Shown one piece after another: positions 1 through 11,748 of a DNA stretch of 64,000 bases. The notes below the pieces were generated by a model. The model saw nothing but the letters and a program-made list of their open reading frames with translations. It did not search any database and was not told where the DNA came from. The position numbers and the translations under genes are program-made. The first letter of the stretch is position 1; each line of letters opens with the position of its first letter. Source of the DNA: a virus; IMG/VR virus record IMGVR_UViG_3300046002_005110, positions 1-64,000 of that record. The stretch is one strand, 5' to 3'.

Positions 1-3000
1 GTGGCACCAGTGGAACCTATTGGTCCAGTTGACCCGGTTAACCCTGATCCAACTAATACCAAAATCAGTGGCAAATTATCAGCAAAATTACTAGTACCAG
101 TACCACCATGTGTATCAATTGTCACCGAAATTGATACGTAATTTGTGTAAAGAGTTGGATCTGCTGAAACAGTCCAACGTTGAAAATTATTACTATTAGA
201 TTCATCTTGAATTACAATAACATCATTTGATTTTATTAATTCTAAAAATACATCAATATCAACACCAAATGATGTTAAATGATTGATATTAATTTGAGTA
301 CTAGTAATTTGAGTTGAATTATCCCAAAGTAAAAATCCAGAACCTGGATTACCACTATACGCTGTAGTTAAAGAGTTATAGTTATAATAACTAGCTGAAC
401 CACCAGTGGGTCCTTGTATGCCAGTACTTCCTGTTAGACCAGTTGCGCCTAATCCAGTTGCGCCTACTAAGCCACTTGCGCCAGTGGCACCAATCTCTCC
501 TTGAATTCCACTAGCACCTGTGGATCCTGTTGCACCAATTTCTCCTTGAATACCACTAGCACCAGTGGCACCAATCTCTCCTTGAATACCACTAGCACCA
601 GTGGCTCCAATTTCTCCCTGAATTCCACTAGCGCCGGTGGCACCAATTTCTCCTTGAATACCACTAGCACCAGTGGCACCAATCTCGCCTTGAATTCCAC
701 TAGCACCAGTGGCACCGGTGGCACCAATTTCTCCCTGAATTCCACTAGCACCAGTTGCGCCATGCTCGCCTTGAATACCACTTGCACCAGTAGCACCAGT
801 AGCACCAATTTCTCCCTGAATTCCACTAGCACCAGTTGCACCAATATTTCCTTGAACTCCACTAGCGCCAGTAGCACCAATTTCTCCCTGAATTCCGCTT
901 GCACCCGTGGCACCAATCTCGCCTTGAATACCACTTGCACCTGTTGCGCCAATCTCGCCTTGAATACCACTAGCACCAGTGGCACCAATTTCTCCCTGAA
1001 TTCCGCTTGCACCTGTTGCGCCAATCTCGCCTTGAATACCACTTGCACCAGTAGCACCAGTAGCACCAATTTCTCCCTGAATTCCACTAGCACCGGTGGC
1101 ACCAATTTCTCCCTGAATACCACTAGCACCAGTGGCTCCAATTTCTCCCTGAATTCCACTTGCACCCGTGGCACCAATCTCTCCCTGAATACCACTTGCA
1201 CCTGTTGCGCCAATCTCGCCTTGTATTCCACTAGCACCAGTCGCTCCTGTTGCACCAGTAGCACCAATCTCACCTTGAATTCCACTAGCGCCTGTGGCAC
1301 CAATATATCCCTGAACACCAGTAGATCCAGTATAGCCTTGTTGTCCGGATAATAGAACTGACCAACTACTAGATGGATCTGATGATGCTGTGCCTCCATA
1401 TCCTAATATATCTAAATAAACTGCAAAACCAAATCCCCCAGCAACTTGTATTAACGTAATTTTACCATAATAGAAAAAAGTACTAGTGATGGTTGTATCA
1501 ACAAAGTTTACAAAATTACCAACAGAGAATGATCCTATGTCCGGAACATAAAAATTGATATTACTTCCGACTAAAGACCCATCAGTAGTAAAAGAAGATG
1601 TTGTGGTCATTGGAGTGAATCCTAGTCCACTAGCGCCTGTATATCCAGTGGCTCCCTGAATACCGCTAGCACCAGTAGCGCCAATTTCTCCTTGAATACC
1701 ACTAGCACCAGTGGCTCCATCTAGTCCACTAGCACCGGTGGCACCTGTTGATCCGAGTCCACTAGCACCCGTGGCACCAATAGGTCCAGTAGCACCAGTA
1801 GCGCCGTCTAAACCACTAGCACCTGTTGCTCCATCTAAACCACTAGCGCCAGTGGCACCAATCTCGCCTTGTATTCCACTAGCGCCAGTGGCACCAATCT
1901 CGCCTTGAATTCCGCTAGCACCTGTGGCACCAATTTCTCCTTGAATTCCGCTAGCACCTGTGGCACCAATGAATCCGCTAGCACCTGTTGCTCCAATATA
2001 TCCTTGAATTCCGCTGGCACCGGTGGCACCGATTTCTCCTTGAATACCACTAGCACCTGTTGCGCCAATATATCCTGATATTGCAGCACCATTAACATAC
2101 AATCCAGTATTATCAACTTTAATTCTTTCACATGTTCCAGTACCAATCAATACAGTATCAGATAAACCTGGAGATGCAGTTATAGTTCCAATAATCGTAT
2201 TATTAGATCCAGTGGTAATATTATAACCAGCATTTAGTCCAATTGCAATGTTATTATTACCACTTGTTATTGAATTTAGTGACTGAAATCCACTAGCAAT
2301 ATTTGATAATCCTGTACCGGTTGTATTACCAGCACAAAAACCTATATATACATTACATAATGTAGTTGTTGTTAGTCCATATATTAGACCTAGACTAGTT
2401 GGGGTTGCGGGAGGGTTTAATATAGTGCCATTAATATATAATCCACTATTATCAACTTTAAGTCTTTCACAGATACCAGCACCCAATAATAAAGTACAAC
2501 TCATTCCTGGAGTACCATTTAATGAGCCTATGATTGTATTGTTAATTCCCGTAGTTACTAATTTTCCTGCCTCAGCACCTATACCAATGTTTATTCCAAT
2601 TGCATTTGCATTATATAATGAACAACATCCAATAGCAATACTATTACTACCAGTTAAGTTACAATATAAAGCACGATATCCACTAACAAAATTATTATTA
2701 CCTGACGAATTATTATTAAGTGATTGACATCCAATAGCAGTGTTATTTGATCCAGATGTATTAGATGACAATGTTTTAAAACCAATGGCAAAATTATTAT
2801 CACCATTAACATTAAAACATAATGCCGCTAATCCTGATCCAAAGTTGTTTGATCCTGTTGTATTTTTGAATAATGAAGCACATCCGATACCAATATTATT
2901 AGATCCAGATGTATTATTTCTAAGAGCACAATGACCCTGACCAAGATTACTAGACCCAGATATATTTGATGATAAACTATAATAACCCTGAGCATTGTTA

Positions 3001-3518
3001 TAAAGTCCATTAATATTACATTCTAATGTGCGTGCTCCAAAAGCAATATTAAAATTACCAGTTGAATTACTTCTCAATACTCCATAAGATCCAATAGCTA
3101 TATTTGATTTACCAATGGTATTATTCTGTAATGCCAAATAACCAATACCAATGTTACCACATCCAGTTGTATTACAGCTTAGTGCACCGTGTCCAATAGC
3201 TACGTTAGTATTACCAATATTACATCTAAGTGCTTCATATCCAAGAGCAATATTATCTGAACCTGTTGTATTAAATAATAATGATGACCATCCAACGGCA
3301 ATATTATCATGACCAATAGTATTATTACCTAAAGATGCATATCCAATTGATGTGTTATTATATCCAGTTGTAGTAAGCGCAGATGAACCACATCCAACAG
3401 CAAAATTACCACTTCCAGTAGTTACAGATGATAATGCATCTGTTCCTATAGAATAGTTGTTACATACACCACCGTTTATGTTTGGTAATACAATATTACC
3501 ACAGATTTTAATTGCCAT
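1..3518 (-). CDS. Collagen-like fibre protein, 3' end runs off the window (>=1172 aa)
   Basis: Not in the ORF track, consistent with no stop before the window edge. ATG at 3518 follows an AAGGA SD. Translates [22 protein letters not shown], then ~18-aa NTTGxxNxAIGxxAL repeats (trimeric beta-roll/YadA-like), two CER(L/I)KVDNxGLY modules and long [12 protein letters not shown] collagen tracts. Positions 3-50 read [16 protein letters not shown] in the same frame. Confidence 0.85.
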   Translation of the reverse strand, partial: MAIKICGNIVLPNINGGVCNNYSIGTDALSSVTTGSGNFAVGCGSSALTTTGYNNTSIGYASLGNNTIGHDNIAVGWSSLLFNTTGSDNIALGYEALRCNIGNTNVAIGHGALSCNTTGCGNIGIGYLALQNNTIGKSNIAIGSYGVLRSNSTGNFNIAFGARTLECNINGLYNNAQGYYSLSSNISGSSNLGQGHCALRNNTSGSNNIGIGCASLFKNTTGSNNFGSGLAALCFNVNGDNNFAIGFKTLSSNTSGSNNTAIGCQSLNNNSSGNNNFVSGYRALYCNLTGSNSIAIGCCSLYNANAIGINIGIGAEAGKLVTTGINNTIIGSLNGTPGMSCTLLLGAGICERLKVDNSGLYINGTILNPPATPTSLGLIYGLTTTTLCNVYIGFCAGNTTGTGLSNIASGFQSLNSITSGNNNIAIGLNAGYNITTGSNNTIIGTITASPGLSDTVLIGTGTCERIKVDNTGLYVNGAAISGYIGATGASGIQGEIGATGASGIQGYIGATGASGFIGATGASGIQGEIGATGASGIQGEIGATGASGIQGEIGATGASGLDGATGASGLDGATGATGPIGATGASGLGSTGATGASGLDGATGASGIQGEIGATGASGIQGATGYTGASGLGFTPMTTTSSFTTDGSLVGSNINFYVPDIGSFSVGNFVNFVDTTITSTFFYYGKITLIQVAGGFGFAVYLDILGYGGTASSDPSSSWSVLLSGQQGYTGSTGVQGYIGATGASGIQGEIGATGATGATGASGIQGEIGATGASGIQGEIGATGASGIQGEIGATGASGIQGEIGATGASGIQGEIGATGATGASGIQGEIGATGASGIQGEIGATGASGIQGEIGATGASGIQGEIGATGASGIQGEIGATGASGVQGNIGATGASGIQGEIGATGATGASGIQGEHGATGASGIQGEIGATGATGASGIQGEIGATGASGIQGEIGATGASGIQGEIGATGASGIQGEIGATGASGIQGEIGATGSTGASGIQGEIGATGASGLVGATGLGATGLTGSTGIQGPTGGSASYYNYNSLTTAYSGNPGSGFLLWDNSTQITSTQININHLTSFGVDIDVFLELIKSNDVIVIQDESNSNNFQRWTVSADPTLYTNYVSISVTIDTHGGTGTSNFADNLPLILVLVGSGLTGSTGPIGSTGA
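470..1320 (-). repeat. Tandem ~36-nt coding repeat ([12 protein letters not shown]) forming a collagen tract
   Basis: About 20 near-identical units of ccttgaat(a/t)ccactagcaccagtggcaccaat(c/t)tc. Confidence 0.9.
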
Positions 3519-3572
3519 TTTCGTTTCCTTTTGGGTACTAGGCCATCATGTTTAAAACATGATTTATCACTG

Positions 3573-3580
3573 TATTTATC
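3573..3580 (-). promoter_or_regulatory. Late promoter GATAAATA (T4 TATAAATA variant)
   Basis: Motif upstream of the 3518 ATG; the same motif precedes most structural genes in the window. Confidence 0.7.
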
Positions 3581-3594
3581 AGTAGACAATAATA

Positions 3595-3620
3595 ATAATA
3601 GCCGAATTCTCGGCTATTAT
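3595..3620 (-). terminator. Probable intrinsic terminator
   Basis: Perfect 11-bp stem ATAATAGCCGA/TCGGCTATTAT with a 4-nt loop, U-rich tail on the minus strand, downstream of 3734..4105. Confidence 0.6.
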
Positions 3621-3733
3621 GTAATCAATTAGTAATATTATCTGTTAACTTGTAATTTCTATTACTGATTATCAGCTCATACTAACTTTGATTAATCAAA
3701 TCAGTTATTGTAATAAAATTATAATGAAATATT

Positions 3734-4105
3734 TTAAGATGTTGACTCTGAAGGTATTGGTGGTGTTGGAGTTGGATTCCATGGTAGCGGAATGTCGGGA
3801 TTTACCTGCTCTTTAACGGCAAGGATTTGTTTGTTAATTTGGGCGTTAATCCATTCCCAATAACTTGGGTCGGTTTCTATCATCGGTTGCACCCAAGACA
3901 AAACAAGGGCTTGCGTAAGTTGGTCGTAAGGAACAAATGTTGCAGGGTCAATGTCACCGACTGTTAAAGGTGTTGCGCCAATAAAGATTCCTTCATTGCC
4001 CTCTGCGTCAGTACCCGTGCAAGTCCATTTAACATTAATAATGACATTAGTTTCCGATGCAATATTTGCACTTGTCATGCCTGTGACTAACCATGTATAT
4101 TCCAT
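3734..4105 (-). CDS. Small fibre-associated (tail fibre assembly-like) protein
   Basis: 123 aa (MEYTWLVTGM...FVPYDQLTQALVLSWV...LPW), a type usually found after S74-chaperone fibres; abuts the stop of the upstream fibre gene. Confidence 0.65.
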   Translation of the reverse strand: MEYTWLVTGMTSANIASETNVIINVKWTCTGTDAEGNEGIFIGATPLTVGDIDPATFVPYDQLTQALVLSWVQPMIETDPSYWEWINAQINKQILAVKEQVNPDIPLPWNPTPTPPIPSESTS

Positions 4106-7100
4106 TTAGATTCCTTTAAGCAAAGCGATTTCTGCCTTTAATTGCTCAATAACTTTTTGATGCTCTTGAAGCATAGCCGAAATGGACGGTATCAACCAAG
4201 AGCTATCTACGCCTTGGGGAAATATTGCACCGTCTGAATGCACTCGGTCTTTTTCGCCGTCTACGCATTCTGGTGCATATTCTTGCAATTCATGTGCAAT
4301 AAATCCAACGCTGTTTTTCTTGCCGCCGCATTCTTCCTTCCAATCAAACACACGGGGACGGATAGACATAATTTTATTAACTGCCGCCAAAACATCTAAA
4401 TCACGGATGTTTTCTTTCATTCGATAATCAGACGAAGTGTTGTAGGCTGTAGACCCTCCGGAAGCAATAACTGATCCAGAAACCGTTGCACCACTACTAA
4501 CGGTAAAATATAACGGGATAGACGAACCAGAAGATGACTGTAAAATAATTCCTCGATCAACAGGAAAACCAGCCGAATTTCCTATAATTACAGGAAAAGT
4601 TCCGCTTGGGGCAGCATATCTTTGTGTTTCTTGCACATAAGATTGATTGCCGCCTGTAGCATATGTTTTTAAAGTTTGTCCATTGCTCGCTTGCACTCTA
4701 AAGCCAGTACCAAAATAAGCTACTAATTCTTCCCAATCATCTCCTGCGTTCCATAAATAATGATTAGTATCGCCGTTTGTTCGCAAATACAATCTTTGAT
4801 CGTTCATGCCGATACTGCCAGTCATCGTGCCGCCAGACAACGGCAAGGCAAAGCTACCGTAATTCGCGCTATTTAAATAATAAACCCATGCGCCAAACGA
4901 TCCGTTTTGTACATTTCGTGTTGCTAATCTATTAGCGTTATCTTCCCAACCCCATGCAACCTGTGTACCCCAAGAACTGCTCCCATTTGAATGGCGTTTG
5001 TTTTCATATATCCACCATGTATTTCCGGGGCTATTTGCTAAATTTGCATCATCACCTTGATAACGTCCAGTCCCTGCGGGGGTGTTGTTAAAATCCGTAT
5101 TTAAATTACCGGATGATCCAGTGCGGGCAATTGAATTTGATGAATTAAGACTTGTTGCGCTACCCGCAATATTCATCGACTGACCGCTAATAAACGTAGC
5201 TACGGCCGCCGCTGTTGCAGAGCGATAATAGTTATCCGTCTGTTTTGCTATTATTGCTGTCACGCCAGATGATATAGAATTATCGGTAGAATTAAAATAA
5301 TTGTTAAAGATATAGCCATTGCCGTCACGCTGTACGATTGTGCTTGCTGCCCCTGCTGTAGTGCTTGCAGTTATCGTGGCAGAGTTAGCTTGACTTGTAA
5401 TGGTTGCAGCATTACCACCAATTGATAAAGAAGTTGCAGTTCCAGTTAAGCCCGTGCCAGCACCGCTAAATGAAGTTCCGCTTACAACGCCAGCAGTAGA
5501 AATAGATAAACCTGCCGCACCAGTTGCAAAAGATAGTTGAATCCCGGGCGTTGCCGTTGCATTACTTGCGCCAAAATAAACATAACCACCAGATGAGCTG
5601 TATCTTGACCCAACCGCAAAAGGCTCACTTACCGCAGTAAATAATGATCTTCCTCCTGAACCAGTAAATGTAACCCCTGTATAACTATTTGCCGTATTAA
5701 GAGCGTTGGCTGTTGTTGCTGTTGTCGCAGTGCCTGATACGCTAATTCCCCAAGTGCCGGAAGCGTTGCCGCCCGTGCGGGTAGGTACATCAAGGTTTGT
5801 TCTAGCGTCTGCGGCTGTCGTGGCGTTTGTACCACCGTTAGCAATGGGTAATGTGCCAGACACTTGCGTAGTCAGGCTTACGCCACTTAGCGTACCCCCA
5901 AGAGTTAGATTTCCAGATGTTGTTACTGTACCTGTAAGTGTGATGCCGTTGACTGTTCCTGTACCACCAACGCTTGTAACTGATCCAACTCCAGTTGCAC
6001 CTGTTAATCCGCTTGATCCAGTAGCACCAATCTCACCTTGATTACCAGTTGATCCAGTGGCACCAATATTTCCTTGAACACCGCTAGATCCAGTAGCACC
6101 AATCTCACCTTGAATACCACTAGCACCAGTTGCGCCAATATTTCCTTGAACACCACTTGATCCAGTAGCACCAATCTCACCTTGACTACCACTAGCACCG
6201 GTGGAACCTATTGGTCCAGTAGATCCTGTTAAACCAACACCAACTAATACTAAAATTAATGGGAAATTATCAGCGAAATTAGTAGTACCAGTACCATCTG
6301 AACTATCCAATGTAACTGGAATTTCTATATATGAATTTATATAAAGCGTTGGATCTGCCGAAACTATCCAACGTTGATAATTAGTGCTATTAATCTCATC
6401 TTGAATTATAATAACATCATTTATTTTAATTAAATCTAAGAATACATCAATATCAACACCAGGAGAGGTTGATGTTAAATGACTAACGTTAATTTGAGTA
6501 CTAGTAATTTGAGTTGAATTATTCCATAGTATTAATCCATCACCAGGATTACCACTGTATGCAGTAGTTAAAGAGTTATAGATATAATAACTAGCTGAAC
6601 CACCAGTTGGTCCTTGTATGCCTGTACTTCCTATTAGTCCCGTTGCACCTAATCCAGTTGCACCTGTTAATCCACTATCACCAGTTGCACCAATGTTTCC
6701 TTGAATACCTGTTGATCCAGTGGCACCTATCTCTCCCTGAATTCCGCTAGCACCAGTGGCACCAATATTTCCTTGAATACCCGTTGATCCAGTGGCACCT
6801 ATCTCTCCCTGAATTCCGCTAGCACCGGTTGCACCAATGTTTCCTTGAATGCCAGTTGCGCCAGTAGCACCAATCTCACCTTGATTACCAGTTGATCCAG
6901 TTGCACCAATATTTCCTTGAACTCCGCTTGATCCTGAAGATCCAATATTTCCTTGAATTCCTGTTGCGCCAGTCGCACCAACATTACCAGTTATGCCAGT
7001 TGATCCAACGATACCTAAACCAGTAGCACCTATCAATCCAGTAGCACCAGATAACCCTATTCCAGTACTTCCGGTTAGTCCACTTGATCCAGTTGCACCA

Positions 7101-7327
7101 CCACCAGTTGCGCCAGTAGCACCAATATTTCCTTGAACTCCAGTAGCACCAGTGGCGCCTAAACCAGTAGCGTCACCACCACTAACAACTTGTCCACCTG
7201 GTAGTGAATTATATACTCTTATTGAATTTGAACCTGGATCATACCAAAGACGTCCACACTGACCAACATAATCAGTACCACTAGGAATTCCATTATTTCT
7301 ACTGGTGAAAAACTCTTGAATCGCCAT
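4106..7327 (-). CDS. Collagen-like tail fibre with C-terminal peptidase S74 intramolecular chaperone
   Basis: Gly-X-Y tracts, [10 protein letters not shown] fibre motif, C-terminal [13 protein letters not shown]...GFIAHELQE...coiled coil. Confidence 0.85.
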   Translation of the reverse strand: MAIQEFFTSRNNGIPSGTDYVGQCGRLWYDPGSNSIRVYNSLPGGQVVSGGDATGLGATGATGVQGNIGATGATGGGATGSSGLTGSTGIGLSGATGLIGATGLGIVGSTGITGNVGATGATGIQGNIGSSGSSGVQGNIGATGSTGNQGEIGATGATGIQGNIGATGASGIQGEIGATGSTGIQGNIGATGASGIQGEIGATGSTGIQGNIGATGDSGLTGATGLGATGLIGSTGIQGPTGGSASYYIYNSLTTAYSGNPGDGLILWNNSTQITSTQINVSHLTSTSPGVDIDVFLDLIKINDVIIIQDEINSTNYQRWIVSADPTLYINSYIEIPVTLDSSDGTGTTNFADNFPLILVLVGVGLTGSTGPIGSTGASGSQGEIGATGSSGVQGNIGATGASGIQGEIGATGSSGVQGNIGATGSTGNQGEIGATGSSGLTGATGVGSVTSVGGTGTVNGITLTGTVTTSGNLTLGGTLSGVSLTTQVSGTLPIANGGTNATTAADARTNLDVPTRTGGNASGTWGISVSGTATTATTANALNTANSYTGVTFTGSGGRSLFTAVSEPFAVGSRYSSSGGYVYFGASNATATPGIQLSFATGAAGLSISTAGVVSGTSFSGAGTGLTGTATSLSIGGNAATITSQANSATITASTTAGAASTIVQRDGNGYIFNNYFNSTDNSISSGVTAIIAKQTDNYYRSATAAAVATFISGQSMNIAGSATSLNSSNSIARTGSSGNLNTDFNNTPAGTGRYQGDDANLANSPGNTWWIYENKRHSNGSSSWGTQVAWGWEDNANRLATRNVQNGSFGAWVYYLNSANYGSFALPLSGGTMTGSIGMNDQRLYLRTNGDTNHYLWNAGDDWEELVAYFGTGFRVQASNGQTLKTYATGGNQSYVQETQRYAAPSGTFPVIIGNSAGFPVDRGIILQSSSGSSIPLYFTVSSGATVSGSVIASGGSTAYNTSSDYRMKENIRDLDVLAAVNKIMSIRPRVFDWKEECGGKKNSVGFIAHELQEYAPECVDGEKDRVHSDGAIFPQGVDSSWLIPSISAMLQEHQKVIEQLKAEIALLKGI

Positions 7328-7333
7328 GATGTT

Positions 7334-7708
7334 TTATCCTGCCGGGAAATTTCTTCCGGGTACAAATATACTAGCTAATTCCTTGATTCGTTCAAGAGTT
7401 GAATCACTATCTGATTCAGTAGAGTTTGGATCTACTCGTTTTTCATCATTCTGAACCGCATCTTGTTTTTCAACTTCAGTCGGTTCCTCAGTTGGATCAT
7501 CAGTAGTAGGGCCCTCAGCATCTTTCATGGTGTCTATTTGTTGTTGTAGAGGAGGACTCCACATAGCGTCACCGTCTGACCCATATTGAACACCCGGATT
7601 AACAATTTTTTCAGATTCTTTGGGTTTACTGTCTCCTCCAACAACAAAAACATTCATATTTTGAATGTTAACTGTTGATGCTGGTCCGGTTATGTCTTTG
7701 ATGTTCAT
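7334..7708 (-). CDS. Hypothetical acidic protein, possibly head-associated
   Basis: 124 aa, directly after a late promoter; C-terminal LERIKELA resembles the scaffold C-terminus IDIKRLAGL. Confidence 0.65.
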   Translation of the reverse strand: MNIKDITGPASTVNIQNMNVFVVGGDSKPKESEKIVNPGVQYGSDGDAMWSPPLQQQIDTMKDAEGPTTDDPTEEPTEVEKQDAVQNDEKRVDPNSTESDSDSTLERIKELASIFVPGRNFPAG

Positions 7709-7712
7709 CTTG

Positions 7713-7720
7713 TATTTATC
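7713..7720 (-). promoter_or_regulatory. Late promoter GATAAATA, 4 nt before ATG
   Basis: GATAAATA-caag-ATG(7708), no SD. Confidence 0.65.
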
Positions 7721-7726
7721 ATTTAA

Positions 7727-10700
7727 TTATTTTGTATTTCTAATTTCATCAATTTGTATCTGTTGTTCCTTAACAGCCTCAATTAAAATAGCTATTAATG
7801 GCAGATATGAAACTGATAATCCATTCTGATTTTTTGATACTAATTCTGGTAAAATTTTAGCCAACTGCTGAGCAATAACTCCATAAGATTTCTTACCCCA
7901 ATCTTTCCAATTAAAAGAAACTCCATTAATTTGATTCAAAATACTTAATGGGCTAACAATACTTTCAATATTTTCTTTCAATGTTTCATCGCTAGTAGAG
8001 TTAACTTCTACGGCATTTAACTGTCCAGTGCTTGGATTGAATGTTAATTTAGTACTACTTACATAAACATTTGTCAACGCACCGCTAGTATAATAAGAAA
8101 ATGCAGGAAAAAATGTATCATCCGTGGTTGTATCATCAGTTATAATACCAGCAGGTCCAGTAGAACCAGTATATCCAGTGGCACCTTGATATCCTTGTGG
8201 TCCTGTCGCACCATCAATACCACTAGCGCCAGTAGCACCACTACCTGTAGCACCATCATATCCTTGTGGACCAGTGGAACCATCGAAACCACTAGCACCA
8301 GTAGCACCATCATATCCACTAGATCCAGTAGCACCATCTAATCCAGTTGACCCTTTTGCCGCAATTAATGTCCAAAAACTAGTATTATAAGGACTGACAT
8401 TTGGTCCATTATAATTTATACATATATATGATCCACCACTATATGTTACAACATCATATGGATCATATAAATCAATATCATTCCATTCACCTTTAAATAT
8501 AAGTCCTTGTCCAGATGCACCTGTGGATCCACTACCAGTTGCACCAATCTCTCCTTGAACACCAGTTGCACCTGTAGCGCCAGTAAATCCAGTTGATCCA
8601 CTACCAGTAGCTCCATCTAATCCAGTTGCACCAATCTCTCCTTGAACACCAGTGGCACCTGTAGGACCATCTAATCCAGTTGCACCATCTAATCCCTGTG
8701 ATCCAGTTGCACCTTGTTCTCCTTGTGGTCCAGTTGATCCTTGTTCTCCCGTTAAACCAGTACTTCCAGTGAGTCCCGTTGATCCAGTAGAACCTTCAAA
8801 TCCTTGAATACCAGTTGCACCAATCTCGCCTTGAACACCACTAGCGCCAGTAGCACCATCATATCCTTGTGGTCCTGTAGCACCATCATATCCTTGTGGT
8901 CCTGTAGCACCATCAATACCACTAGATCCGATTGATCCACTAGCGCCAGTAGCACCATCATATCCACTAGATCCAGTAGCACCATCTAATCCACTAGCGC
9001 CTGTTAAACCGGTTGCACCTTGAGGACCTACTATCTGTCCGACATCATTCCACAATGTGCCAGTATATACCCATAGATTACCTGACAAATCATCGATGAC
9101 ACCGTTACCATCAACCGCAGATGGAAAGGTCACATTTAATATTATCTGAGGGTCATTCGGTGGATCAACATATACATTGGGAATAGAACCTATAATAGTT
9201 ACTGATGTGCCAGCTACTCCAGTAGCACCAATATCTCCTTGTGGTCCAGTTGCGCCCGTAGATCCATTTTGACCATCAATACCACTAGCGCCTGTGGCAC
9301 CACTACCAGTAGCGCCTGTTAATCCGGTAGCACCGTGATCTCCTTGAACGCCAGTGGCTCCTGTAGCGCCTGTCGCTCCAGATCCAGTAGCTCCGCTTGC
9401 CCCTGGGGGACCATCATTGCCGGTTGCACCAGTAAATCCGGTTGCGCCATCATATCCTATTAATCCAGTGGCTCCTTGTAATCCGGTGGCTCCAATTTCT
9501 CCAGTTAATCCAGTTGATCCGGTTGATCCTATCTGTCCAGTTAATCCAGTGGCGCCAATTTCTCCTTGAACACCAGTGGCTCCAATATTTCCGCTAGCAC
9601 CTGTGGCCCCAATCTCTCCTTGAACACCACTAGCCCCAGTTGCACCTGTAGCACCACTACCTGTAGCACCAGATGGACCATCTAATCCAGTAGAACCTTG
9701 AAGTCCAGTAGAACCTTGAAGTCCAGTTGCACCAGTTGATCCAATTTCACCTTGAATTCCACTAGCGCCTGTTGCACCAGTAAATCCAGTTGCTCCTTGA
9801 GGTCCAGTGGCACCTGTAGCACCATCTAATCCAGTTGCACCTATAGGGCCAGCAATTGTCCCTACGTTAGTCCATAATACACCATCATAAACCCATAAAT
9901 CACCAGTGGATTGATCTAATACTCCATCACCAATTTCAGCATCTGGAAAATCTGTATCTAATAATATTTGCGGATTGCCAGGGGGAATTACATTTACATC
10001 TACTACAGATCCAATAATAGTTACAGATTTACCATCTACACCAGTAGCACCAGTTAATCCAGTTGCACCAGTAGCACCATCTGATCCAATAGCATTACCC
10101 CAATATAAATTACCATTACCATCAGTACTTGCTACAAATCCACTAGCACCACCAGTAATAACTACATTTCCAATATCTCCTAAATTAGCACGAGTATATA
10201 CTACCAATTGATCGGCCGTGGCAAAGTTACTAATAGATATATTTGCAGTAACATTACCAACATCAATATTACTAATGTTTAATGTACTGGTATCAACATC
10301 AAAAATAAAATTACTACTACCATCAAGACCATTTGGTATACTAAGATCAGTCCAACTAGATCCAGTTATACTGCTAATAATTATTCCGTCTGTACCAACT
10401 ATATAATATTCACCACTACCATATATACTATTAATTAAATCACTAGTTGTTCCAGTACTATTAGTAGTCCATGATGTTCCACCATCACTACTAGTTAATT
10501 GAGATCCGTTTGATCCGGCTGTTACTAACGTATTAACAATACCATCTGTTCCATATGTAATAGTATTAAGATTTTCAACCGTTCCACTAATTGATGCAGT
10601 CCATGTTATACCATCATAACTTACAATAATTGTACCATTATCACCAGTAGCAATATAGTTGGAACCATCAAATACAACACTACTTAAATTATCAACAACT

Positions 10701-11341
10701 TCACCATCTTGTCCAATCCAATCTATCGCATCTGCACTTAATAATATTGTACCAGCATTACCAACTACAACATATACACCATTAACTTCATCATATGATA
10801 TACCACGTAAATCTTCTGATACTCCACTAACTCTTGAAGTCCAAGTAATAGCGTCTAAACTAGTTAATATTTTTCCATTTTCACCAACTGCAACATATAA
10901 TCCAGTAATCTCAGTATAATATACTCGTAATAAATTTTCAACAGTTCCACTAGTTTGTATTGTCCATGTAGTAGCAATGTCTGAACTAGTAATAATTGTA
11001 CCAGCATCTCCAACTGCAATAAATCCCAATAATGTCGGAACAACTGAATTTAATGGTTGATTGACAGGGCTACTTTGATTACTCCAGTTTATTCCATCTG
11101 TACTGTAAAAATATCGTAATGGTGATCCGAATATTACCCATGTACCACTATTATAGGCAATTGTCGCAAGATTATTAGTGGACGCAAATTGAACTGCTCC
11201 GGGTGGCGGAGCTACAATTCCATTGGATCCCAAACTATATAGTTGAGTGAAGTTCTCGTTGATCTTTTCAAATGCAAGTCTTAGAGGATCGCCATTACCA
11301 TCGTTTGACGCAGCTCCAATGTTAATAATTTGTTGTGCCAT
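7727..11341 (-). CDS. Multidomain fibre: gp9/gp10-like N-terminus, BNR/YCF48-like propeller, collagen, S74 chaperone
   Basis: N-terminal [26 protein letters not shown]; repeated VAVGxxGxIxxSxDxxxW blades; GATG collagen; FKGEW...[11 protein letters not shown] carbohydrate-binding-like module; C-terminal SDETLKENI...GVIAQ. Confidence 0.85.
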   Translation of the reverse strand: MAQQIINIGAASNDGNGDPLRLAFEKINENFTQLYSLGSNGIVAPPPGAVQFASTNNLATIAYNSGTWVIFGSPLRYFYSTDGINWSNQSSPVNQPLNSVVPTLLGFIAVGDAGTIITSSDIATTWTIQTSGTVENLLRVYYTEITGLYVAVGENGKILTSLDAITWTSRVSGVSEDLRGISYDEVNGVYVVVGNAGTILLSADAIDWIGQDGEVVDNLSSVVFDGSNYIATGDNGTIIVSYDGITWTASISGTVENLNTITYGTDGIVNTLVTAGSNGSQLTSSDGGTSWTTNSTGTTSDLINSIYGSGEYYIVGTDGIIISSITGSSWTDLSIPNGLDGSSNFIFDVDTSTLNISNIDVGNVTANISISNFATADQLVVYTRANLGDIGNVVITGGASGFVASTDGNGNLYWGNAIGSDGATGATGLTGATGVDGKSVTIIGSVVDVNVIPPGNPQILLDTDFPDAEIGDGVLDQSTGDLWVYDGVLWTNVGTIAGPIGATGLDGATGATGPQGATGFTGATGASGIQGEIGSTGATGLQGSTGLQGSTGLDGPSGATGSGATGATGASGVQGEIGATGASGNIGATGVQGEIGATGLTGQIGSTGSTGLTGEIGATGLQGATGLIGYDGATGFTGATGNDGPPGASGATGSGATGATGATGVQGDHGATGLTGATGSGATGASGIDGQNGSTGATGPQGDIGATGVAGTSVTIIGSIPNVYVDPPNDPQIILNVTFPSAVDGNGVIDDLSGNLWVYTGTLWNDVGQIVGPQGATGLTGASGLDGATGSSGYDGATGASGSIGSSGIDGATGPQGYDGATGPQGYDGATGASGVQGEIGATGIQGFEGSTGSTGLTGSTGLTGEQGSTGPQGEQGATGSQGLDGATGLDGPTGATGVQGEIGATGLDGATGSGSTGFTGATGATGVQGEIGATGSGSTGASGQGLIFKGEWNDIDLYDPYDVVTYSGGSYICINYNGPNVSPYNTSFWTLIAAKGSTGLDGATGSSGYDGATGASGFDGSTGPQGYDGATGSGATGASGIDGATGPQGYQGATGYTGSTGPAGIITDDTTTDDTFFPAFSYYTSGALTNVYVSSTKLTFNPSTGQLNAVEVNSTSDETLKENIESIVSPLSILNQINGVSFNWKDWGKKSYGVIAQQLAKILPELVSKNQNGLSVSYLPLIAILIEAVKEQQIQIDEIRNTK

Positions 11342-11361
11342 GCTTTATCCAGTTATAGTAA

Positions 11362-11369
11362 TATTTATC
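11362..11369 (-). promoter_or_regulatory. Late promoter GATAAATA
   Basis: 20 nt upstream of ATG 11341. Confidence 0.65.
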
Positions 11370-11430
11370 GTATTATATTTAAATTAATCTTCAAAACTAG
11401 GGTCCCATGACTTATAACATAAATATTATA

Positions 11431-11748
11431 ATGCTAAAACAACAATCTATCAGACCCATGTGTAAAGAATGTAATAAATTACCATCAAGACCAAATGGTC
11501 GTAGTGTAAGTGGCTATCAGCGATGGCATACTTTATGCAATCATTGTGCAAAATTAAAATATACCAAAAAGAAAAAAGATTCAAAGTGCAGTATATGTAA
11601 CTTTGAAGCAATTGATAGTTGTCAATTGTGTTTGATTAATAAAGAAACTATCTGCCAAAATTGTAACGCCCTCAGATTGAAAAATATCAAAAAGAGGGCG
11701 GAATTAACAGTAGATGCTACTATTAATTGGGAAGATATTAGATTGTAA
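11431..11748 (+). CDS. Cys-rich Zn-binding protein, degenerate HNH-like
   Basis: Four CxxC pairs plus CQLC. Start moved from 11407 to ATG 11431, which lies 5 nt after CATAAATA (11418-11425). Confidence 0.65.
   Translation: MLKQQSIRPMCKECNKLPSRPNGRSVSGYQRWHTLCNHCAKLKYTKKKKDSKCSICNFEAIDSCQLCLINKETICQNCNALRLKNIKKRAELTVDATINWEDIRL

Noticed and set aside
470-1320. ~36-nt periodic repeat resembling a CRISPR array
   Set aside because: No unique spacers, variation falls at synonymous positions, it encodes Gly-X-Y, and no cas genes are present
467-2146. Long ORFs 467..1399, 501..1352, 1711..1908, 1835..2146 and 1869..2078
   Set aside because: Alternative-frame or antisense shadows of the collagen repeat; the real gene is the unlisted minus-strand frame starting at 3518
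50-6600. Duplicated segment as a DGR template/variable repeat pair
   Set aside because: Both copies are coding, differences are not adenine-specific and include indels, and no reverse transcriptase is in the window
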